Origin: a virus
Lineage: Duplodnaviria > Caudoviricetes
Length of the DNA: 30,615 bases
IMG/VR virus record: IMGVR_UViG_3300020045_000961
Span: 1-30,615 of that record
Strand: one strand, 5' to 3'
The notes beneath the pieces are model-generated. The model had not been told where the DNA came from, made no database searches, and saw only the letters and a list, made by a program, of their open reading frames with translations. The translations under genes were made by a program, and so were the position numbers. Shown one piece after another: positions 24,305 to 30,615 of the stretch (position 1 is the first letter of the stretch; every line of letters starts with the position of its first letter).

Positions 24305-26464
24305 TTATCTCCTTGTTGTTGGCACTGATTTAGCACCTTGTTGAGTCACTGCATAAAGGAAGCTCGGATCACGTGCGATCATTTGCTTGAAACTTGCTGC
24401 ATCAACTGCTTGTATGTTATATGTCACCGCAGTATTATTTCCACCACCAGAATTTAATTGACTATTAGAAGCAATTGTGCCCGAGCCTGCTGGCATGAAT
24501 ATTTCAGGACCGTTCTCGCCTACTAAGTATGCGCCGCCTGCACTGACTCCACCTCCTCCTGCTCTAGATCCACTTAGAAAACTTAATCCCTGAGAAAGTA
24601 AATCACTTCCTGCTCCTGCTAGATTAGTAAACAACTGAGTAACTTGAGCCTTTAATGCAATCTTAATTAAATCCCTAACAACTGAATCAGCAAAATCAGC
24701 AAAGGATTTTCCTCCCTTATCAACAAAGTTATCAACTGCACTTCCCATATTAGAGAAAATACTATTTGCCATATCTTCACCTTGCCTAAGTGGACTCATA
24801 CTTTCTAAGTAACGATCCATAGTTTCCTTAAATCCTGCAGAGAAATCTAAGTTACGTTGTTTCTGCGCAGCAGCTTCAGCTTCAATAAGACCTTTACGTT
24901 TTCCAATCTCGACATTTAATCTTTGTTCAGCAGCCAATCTTTCATCATTAGGCAGATCTTTAATATTTGAGATATCAAGTAATGTAGACTTACGAAGTTC
25001 TTCTAAGTTGAATAGATCAGTTAGACGTTGTTGTTCAATTGCAGAAAGACCTACAATCTGTTGTTGTAGTGCAAATTGACCTTTAAGTGAGTCAGTTCCG
25101 CGAGAGAATGATTCATCTTGCGATTTTAGTTGAGATCTTGCATCGTCTCTTGCTTTAATAGCATCAATCTCTGCTTGAGTTTCGTTATCAATCATTCTCA
25201 TTACTGCATCGTAACGATCTTTCCGATACTTTTCATCGGAGTCTCTTTCGAACTTAGCAATATCTGTTGTCTGTTTTGCACGGACTTCGGTTACCTTAGC
25301 AGCAATTTCTTTTGCTTTTTGTTCAGGAGAGATATCTTCTTTTGCATTAATATCAGCGGTTGCTTTAGCAATATCAGCTGTAGCGGTTGCATTGATGATC
25401 TTTAACTCATTCCCAGAGCGAATAGCAATCTGTTTACGAACTTCAGCCTGAGATTCTAGAATACGTTTTTCTGATTCGGCTGCTGCTTTAATGGAGGCCT
25501 CGGGAGGACCACCATATCCTCCCTTACTTGTATCTGCTCTAGTGCTATTACCGTAAGGTTTCATTGCTTCTTCCATCGTCTTTAAACGATAGGCTTCTAA
25601 TTCCTTTGTTGACATAGGAACTGATTGAGGAGGGGTAGTTCTAAGATGAGTAAAAGGAAAAGATAATTGTTCCTGTAAATTCATAGGACGCTGTCCCTTT
25701 TTAGCCAAAGCCTCTTCTTTATCTGATTGACGCTTTGCTGCTCTGTCCCCAGCATCTTCGGCTTCTTTAATTTTAAGAGCTAATCCTCCAAACACAGTAA
25801 GTAGTCGAGTTTCTGCAGCATTTGCTATGGCATCTAATGCATCACGATACTTCCCAAGTTGTTCAATTTGTGCATCCTTAAATGGATCATTAATTGCATT
25901 AACTTTAGTCCAATCAATTTTGGCTGCTTCTTTACCCATTAATGCAACTGCTGTTGCGGCACGAGTAGCAGGATCTTCTATTTGAGCCAATTTTCTAATA
26001 ACATCCTGAAGAATATCACCAGTATTTCTCATTTTTCCTGAGGCATCAGTAACAAATACACCTAAATCTTTGAAAGATTTTTGATATTTTGCATTTCCCA
26101 TTCCTGCCTCGCCAACTGCGATAGAAAGTTTAGTTGCAGCCTTTTCAAACGACTCAGCGGAACCTCCGCCTAAGATCATACTCTGCTTTAAATTTACTAA
26201 TTGCCCTGCAGCAATACCGGTTGCAGATGATAGATCACCGAAAGTATCAGCAACATTAATTGCCTTTAATCCTAAGGAGACAAATGCTCCTGCTGCTCCA
26301 AAAGCTAGACCTCCTACTACGCCTAACTTTCCTCCAACTAGATCTAAGCCTGAGCCCAGGGCTCCGGTATTAGCACCTGCTTTTTTTATAGAATCTGCTA
26401 GAGAGCTAATACCAGCTACTCCCTCAGTCTTAAATCTTAGAATGAAATTCTCAATTGTTGCCAT
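24305..26464 (-). CDS. Tail tape measure protein
   Basis: 719 aa, Ala-rich and helical, with lambda-like C-terminus FADFADSVVRDL...RAGGGGV...YLVGENGPEIF. Confidence 0.93.
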   Translation of the reverse strand: MATIENFILRFKTEGVAGISSLADSIKKAGANTGALGSGLDLVGGKLGVVGGLAFGAAGAFVSLGLKAINVADTFGDLSSATGIAAGQLVNLKQSMILGGGSAESFEKAATKLSIAVGEAGMGNAKYQKSFKDLGVFVTDASGKMRNTGDILQDVIRKLAQIEDPATRAATAVALMGKEAAKIDWTKVNAINDPFKDAQIEQLGKYRDALDAIANAAETRLLTVFGGLALKIKEAEDAGDRAAKRQSDKEEALAKKGQRPMNLQEQLSFPFTHLRTTPPQSVPMSTKELEAYRLKTMEEAMKPYGNSTRADTSKGGYGGPPEASIKAAAESEKRILESQAEVRKQIAIRSGNELKIINATATADIAKATADINAKEDISPEQKAKEIAAKVTEVRAKQTTDIAKFERDSDEKYRKDRYDAVMRMIDNETQAEIDAIKARDDARSQLKSQDESFSRGTDSLKGQFALQQQIVGLSAIEQQRLTDLFNLEELRKSTLLDISNIKDLPNDERLAAEQRLNVEIGKRKGLIEAEAAAQKQRNLDFSAGFKETMDRYLESMSPLRQGEDMANSIFSNMGSAVDNFVDKGGKSFADFADSVVRDLIKIALKAQVTQLFTNLAGAGSDLLSQGLSFLSGSRAGGGGVSAGGAYLVGENGPEIFMPAGSGTIASNSQLNSGGGNNTAVTYNIQAVDAASFKQMIARDPSFLYAVTQQGAKSVPTTRR

Positions 26465-26467
26465 TTC

Positions 26468-26743
26468 TTATCCTTTGCTTTGTTTCTTAATATAATCTTG
26501 AATGAACTTATCAGTAGGAGCACTCATTCCCTCGGGATTCTGTTTACTACTACCCTCATTCAATTTAACTGCATAAGGATAAGAAGCTTGAATCTCATCC
26601 CCTTTCAATGTAGTTTTATGTCTAGCATTGCCGGTTTTAATAGGTGTATTCTTAACGAAGACCTTATAGGCCTCCTTAGCAAGTTGTTGACTAGAAAGAT
26701 TAGCCTTTAACTCTTGAATACGTTTATTGATCTCACCCGACAT
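26468..26743 (-). CDS. HK97 gp10-like neck/tail-completion protein
   Basis: TPIKTGNAR...YAVKLNEGSSKQNPEGM signature. Confidence 0.75.
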   Translation of the reverse strand: MSGEINKRIQELKANLSSQQLAKEAYKVFVKNTPIKTGNARHKTTLKGDEIQASYPYAVKLNEGSSKQNPEGMSAPTDKFIQDYIKKQSKG

Positions 26744-26990
26744 TTTTAGTTTTCTCTATCATTGCTTTTAATTCATCCTGCGAATAATCTTCAGTTCTAT
26801 CACCATTCGATTTATTCATTTGTTTTTCAAACCAAGTCGAGTATACATCAGTGATCATAATATCAAAAGTAGTTGCCCTTGCGGCTACCTCACTAGGAAG
26901 TAAGCCATAAGTCTTAGCCATACTTCCTATTGTTATCATATAGCTGGTGTCCCAACTTCCTGATCGGACGACTTGGCCTTTGACTTTCCC
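26733..26990 (-). CDS. Frameshift extension of the tail assembly chaperone (gpT-like)
   Basis: Open -1 frame entered at the G-GGA-AAG slippery site 26984-26990. Confidence 0.75.
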   Translation of the reverse strand, partial: GKVKGQVVRSGSWDTSYMITIGSMAKTYGLLPSEVAARATTFDIMITDVYSTWFEKQMNKSNGDRTEDYSQDELKAMIEKTKNVG

Positions 26991-27280
26991 AGGCATTCAT
27001 TGATCCTTGTCAAAGCAGCAATAGTAATATCAATTGGAAAGTGTTCTCCTTCTTCTAATACTACCTTACCTTCTTTATTGAGAATGATCTTAGATAATAG
27101 GCCCTGTAATTCATCACCTGATTTTGTAGATTGTGCTCTAAAGAAATCAAAGTAGGTATTAATATCTACAAAGTCCTTCATATAGAAAGTAATTGGTTCG
27201 CCATATTCCGAAACAATTGCTTCCTCATCTAAAATAATTTCTACTAGTTCTGCCTTCTTGGCAAATTTCTTGATATCCAT
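26936..27280 (-). CDS. Tail assembly chaperone (gpG-like)
   Basis: 114 aa between tail tube and tape measure, with a lambda-type slippery heptamer near its end. Confidence 0.8.
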   Translation of the reverse strand: MDIKKFAKKAELVEIILDEEAIVSEYGEPITFYMKDFVDINTYFDFFRAQSTKSGDELQGLLSKIILNKEGKVVLEEGEHFPIDITIAALTRINECLGKSKAKSSDQEVGTPAI

Positions 27281-27321
27281 AAATCTTTTTCCTTTTAATC
27301 TGGACGTTGCGTCCTTGTTAT

Positions 27322-27492
27322 TTACTGTTCTCTAATTATCAACTCATTTATAAGCATTAAAGTAAAATTTAATCTACTGCTAATCTTATTGAGATCGGAT
27401 TGAGCACATCTTAATTCATTTGAGGCCTTAGCTGCTTCAGCGAGTAAACTCTTAAGCAGATCCTCGTTACTCTTATTATCTAGTATATCCAT
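27322..27492 (-). CDS. Small coiled-coil protein (56 aa)
   Basis: MDILDNKSNEDLLKSLLAE...IREQ, AGGAAG RBS, TAAATA at 27510-27515. Confidence 0.7.
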   Translation of the reverse strand: MDILDNKSNEDLLKSLLAEAAKASNELRCAQSDLNKISSRLNFTLMLINELIIREQ

Positions 27493-27522
27493 ATATCTTT
27501 CTTCCTACGTATTTAATCAAAT

Positions 27523-27551
27523 AAACGAAAACAGGGCGATTAAGCCCTGTT
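27523..27551 (-). terminator. Intrinsic terminator after the major tail gene
   Basis: AACAGGGC-TTAATC-GCCCTGTT followed by TTCGTTT, then TAAATA. Confidence 0.78.
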
Positions 27552-27568
27552 ATTCTATTCTCTAGTTA

Positions 27569-28030
27569 TTAAACTACAGTATATTCACCAGACACAGTTA
27601 ATGTGATAGGAGTGACCCATACTGGATTTGCTGCTGATACTGCTGGTGCTAGACCAGTAATATAACCAACACCACTAATAGACTTCGAACCAAGATTGAT
27701 ACTGAAATCAACCTTTGTCTTATCTACGGATAATCCAAGTAATCCCTTCTTCTTTGCAGAACCAGTTGTAGCTGCTGCATCACCGAAGAACGAATCAAGT
27801 TCAACAACAATGTTAGAGCTGATGCTGTTAGTAGAGTTTGTTGCTACTTGAAGCTTTGCACTTTCATTTAGTTGAGACCAGGTGAACACATCATTCGCAT
27901 TGTTGATGGTTACATCCTGTAGAGTTGGCAATAACAATGTTGTTGCAGTGGTTCCAGTAGAACCACTTACGTTAATTGTTAGAATCGGGTTGTTTACACC
28001 TGCCGCCGATTGAATGTATGAAGTTGTCAT
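27569..28030 (-). CDS. Major tail tube protein
   Basis: 153 aa, G.GYITGLAP.VSA...V..TPITLTVSG C-terminus, synteny, strong RBS and own terminator. Confidence 0.8.
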   Translation of the reverse strand: MTTSYIQSAAGVNNPILTINVSGSTGTTATTLLLPTLQDVTINNANDVFTWSQLNESAKLQVATNSTNSISSNIVVELDSFFGDAAATTGSAKKKGLLGLSVDKTKVDFSINLGSKSISGVGYITGLAPAVSAANPVWVTPITLTVSGEYTVV

Positions 28031-28040
28031 ATCTTTTCCT

Positions 28041-28433
28041 TTAGGTTAATTTTGTGAATCTAAAATCCAACTGTGTGACCATTAAGTCGCCTTCGAAGAC
28101 AGTATTTGTATCTACTGCTCTTTTGAAATAAGATGAGTCTACTGTAGAAACATCTTTTCCTGCTCTTAGCGTATCCACCACAGTCTGATAGTTAGACGGT
28201 AGATTCTTTGCATCAGTAGTGAAGTAAACACTAACGCTATGAACTTCCTGATAAATGTCTCCGCCCATTACAGGCATAAAGGTTTCATTAGAGACTTGCT
28301 CTAGATCCACATAAATCCTTTTAGGATTCTTTAGATACATTACAGTAGAATTACTTGTAAATGGTAACTCAGAACTAACAACAAAGTTAGTCATCGTGAA
28401 TCCATTAAAATAATTTACAAGTTCTGTTCTCAT
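28041..28433 (-). CDS. Putative tail terminator/completion protein
   Basis: 130 aa immediately before the tail tube. Confidence 0.6.
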   Translation of the reverse strand: MRTELVNYFNGFTMTNFVVSSELPFTSNSTVMYLKNPKRIYVDLEQVSNETFMPVMGGDIYQEVHSVSVYFTTDAKNLPSNYQTVVDTLRAGKDVSTVDSSYFKRAVDTNTVFEGDLMVTQLDFRFTKLT

Positions 28434-28936
28434 CGTATTCTCTTAAGATTATAAATCCCTGGCTTCTTTTCGCTGCTCTCAACTGTAGTATTACCATCAA
28501 AGTCATACCAATCACCTGCGGTGATTAACTCTGCAAATAACTTATCTGCTCGTTGTGTATAGTAACTCATCTTATTCATTTCAGCATTATCTGCTGAACC
28601 AAAATCTGCGATTCTAGGTAAAATGTATTCAGACATTGCTACTGCTATACAATAGTCAGTAAAGTCATCCTGACGGTCTACTATCTTATTAGGATTGAGG
28701 GCGGGAACATCAGCCAACGAAGTAATAGAAGATGAACTACGATTGATATAGTAACTCATCCACCATTCACTAGAGCGTAATCTTGTAAGAATACGTCCAG
28801 TAGCCTTAGTTAAAAGGTCTTCGATGATAACGTCAGTGAGTCCTTCATTAGTCTCAAAAAGTCTTTGATCAGCAGCAAGCATATCGTCATGATCTGCAAA
28901 GCTGACCGTATTTCCAGTTATTTTAATGAAGGACAT
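28430..28936 (-). CDS. Putative head-tail adaptor
   Basis: 168 aa, helical, immediately after the major capsid gene. Confidence 0.62.
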   Translation of the reverse strand: MSFIKITGNTVSFADHDDMLAADQRLFETNEGLTDVIIEDLLTKATGRILTRLRSSEWWMSYYINRSSSSITSLADVPALNPNKIVDRQDDFTDYCIAVAMSEYILPRIADFGSADNAEMNKMSYYTQRADKLFAELITAGDWYDFDGNTTVESSEKKPGIYNLKRIR

Positions 28937-28949
28937 CTCTTACTTCCTA

Positions 28950-29801
28950 TTAGCTAATTACACCGTCAGCAGTGATTGCGATACCGTGTGTGCTTTGTAG
29001 CACTGCGGAACCAGCTACCGCTGTAAGAACAACGTCAGTAGCACGTTCTTTTGGAAGATACAAACTGTTCATAGCGATTCCACCACGCATTGCTTGACCT
29101 AGAGCGGACTTAGCAAATACACCTGCTTTATAAGCAGTTGCACCACCAGTTGTTACAGCAGCAACTAAGCTGGATTCATAGATTTGAATGCCAGCAACAC
29201 CGCCGATGTAGAACGAACTTAGAACGCTTTCACCTACACCGCTCAATTGAGGAATGTTTGTTTGTGCGCTGTAAGAAAGTTGTTTCTTAAGGTTGTATGC
29301 TTGTGCTGGGTGAACCACTGCGAAGAATGGGCCAGTTAGCTTACGGCTACGTAGAGTAGCAGCACTCTTCAATAGCAAGTCTACAGTAAGTTCTGTAGAA
29401 GTAGAACCGATATCGCTGGAGAACGAACCGAAGTTACCGAATACATCAGTATCTAGTGCTTCAGCAATTGCCATACCTGCACCGTTACCGATGTCAGCCA
29501 TTACATTACCGTAAGCAGAGTCACGTAACATATCAGTAATTTGGTGATACGAAACGAATTCAGCAAGAGTGATCGTGCCGTTTGTTGTGTTTGTATCAGC
29601 AGCAGTTGCAGCAGATTCATCAGTGATCTTTTGAGCACTAACACCACCCCAGATAGGAACTTGAAGAACCTTACCAGCGTTAAGTGGAGCATCGTAAACT
29701 GTTACAAGTTGACGAGCGACGGAGTTTTCGTAAGCAGCATATTCAGCAGCAGTTACAAGGTTTGCGAATAATTCGCTGTTAATAGCAGTTGTATTTGACA
29801 T
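28950..29801 (-). CDS. Major capsid protein (HK97 fold)
   Basis: 283 aa after the scaffold, GKVLQVP, AIAEALDTD, AVVHP.Q...L and IGGVAGIQIYES motifs. Higher GC and biased codons. Confidence 0.9.
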   Translation of the reverse strand: MSNTTAINSELFANLVTAAEYAAYENSVARQLVTVYDAPLNAGKVLQVPIWGGVSAQKITDESAATAADTNTTNGTITLAEFVSYHQITDMLRDSAYGNVMADIGNGAGMAIAEALDTDVFGNFGSFSSDIGSTSTELTVDLLLKSAATLRSRKLTGPFFAVVHPAQAYNLKKQLSYSAQTNIPQLSGVGESVLSSFYIGGVAGIQIYESSLVAAVTTGGATAYKAGVFAKSALGQAMRGGIAMNSLYLPKERATDVVLTAVAGSAVLQSTHGIAITADGVIS

Positions 29802-29821
29802 TTTAAATTTCCTTTAAATGA

Positions 29822-30484
29822 TTATCGTTTATTTGATGCCTGCGCTTGAGCATATAGTTTCCTGTGTTCAGGATTTTTCATATCAAGTTTAGACAAATCT
29901 ATCTTTTCACGACTTTGACCAATATTGGATTTACCTTGTGTAGTTGCCGGTGTAGGTTGAACAAAGTGAGGATTAGTATCAAGAAACTCTTTAACTAAAT
30001 CTTCTACTTTGAAAGGGGTTCCAGAATCGTTATATCTAACTTTTCCTTCTTTATCCACAATTTCTACATTACCTTCCGCACTAAGTCTAACATTTGGCTT
30101 AAGTAATGCCTTAACTTGATCTGGATTAACAGACCTAAGTGTAGCAGCAGCATTAACCAACGGAACATCCACAGTATATTCTTTAATGATCTGATCGCGA
30201 CGCTGAATCTCAGCATCCTTTTTAGCAGCTAATTCCTGTAGAACTTTTTCAAATTCTCCACGCTTTACTTGATCATCCGTCTTACGCTTTTCAGCTTCAG
30301 ATTTTAGATTTTTAAGTTCATCTAAATCACCTAGTTCGCCTAAGGTCTTTTCATACTTTTTAGTAATGCTAGACTTCATTCGGGCCATATGGTTGTCGAA
30401 TTCCTCTTGAGTATAAGTTTTAGTTGCTGCCTGGTTTGTTTCAGAAGATCCAGTATCTTCATTAGCCAACGTATTGTCTGACAT
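29822..30484 (-). CDS. Capsid scaffolding protein
   Basis: KTYTQEEFD start, charged coiled coil, VKEFLDTNPHF. Located between portal and capsid. Confidence 0.85.
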   Translation of the reverse strand: MSDNTLANEDTGSSETNQAATKTYTQEEFDNHMARMKSSITKKYEKTLGELGDLDELKNLKSEAEKRKTDDQVKRGEFEKVLQELAAKKDAEIQRRDQIIKEYTVDVPLVNAAATLRSVNPDQVKALLKPNVRLSAEGNVEIVDKEGKVRYNDSGTPFKVEDLVKEFLDTNPHFVQPTPATTQGKSNIGQSREKIDLSKLDMKNPEHRKLYAQAQASNKR

Positions 30485-30494
30485 TGTAGCATTG

Positions 30495-30615
30495 CCCCTT
30501 TCAAAGGTATTAATTGTTGAGAATACTATTCATATTCTCGTGTAGGTATTTATACGAGATCGGTAAAATAGTATTATAATTGATTATTATTCTTTTTCTA
30601 CCCAACCTTGATTTA
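30495..30615. repeat. Terminal direct repeat, right copy
   Basis: Identical to 1-121 and includes the last portal codons (30587-30615). Confidence 0.97.

Noticed and set aside
1114-29771. Other plus-strand and nested ORFs in the track (e.g. 1114, 2455, 3158, 4730, 6677, 9277, 11394, 22880, 23173, 25130, 26480, 26973, 29501, 29541)
   Set aside because: They overlap better-supported minus-strand genes and show no motifs or initiation signals.
30495-30615. 121-bp terminal repeat as a biological direct terminal repeat
   Set aside because: It cuts through the end of the portal gene and its length fits an assembler k-mer overlap. It indicates circularity only.
1-30615. Stop-codon reassignment, tRNA genes, integrase/att site
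   Set aside because: Standard-code ORFs tile the genome densely, the split tail genes change frame rather than read through, and I recognised no cloverleaf or recombinase motif.

Overview
This window is an apparently complete, circularly assembled ~30.5 kb AT-rich tailed phage genome. Bases 1-121 are identical to 30495-30615, so the unit length is 30,494 bp. All credible genes lie on the minus strand. They comprise a siphovirus-type virion module (terS, terL, portal, scaffold, major capsid, adaptor, tail tube, frameshifted chaperone, tape measure, tail tip, Ig-like and collagen/glycine-rich fibres), a small non-structural block (an exonuclease-less family-A/TV-Pol-like polymerase, HNH-like ORFs, an AAA+ ATPase, small hypotheticals) and a structured control region at ~8.9-9.8 kb. 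The most notable pattern is a T4-late-type TAAATA/TATAAATA motif in the sense orientation at most sizeable gene boundaries, often just after a terminator. I see no sigma factor, endolysin, helicase, SSB or integrase. This suggests, as inference, a phage that builds its own virion but borrows late transcription and lysis from a large T4-like helper, a bacterial analogue of a virophage. A promoter- and terminator-bounded ~135-nt RNA with anti-Shine-Dalgarno/anti-AUG segments, and an Ig domain split between two tail genes, are further unusual features. All product calls come from motif recognition by eye, not database searches.
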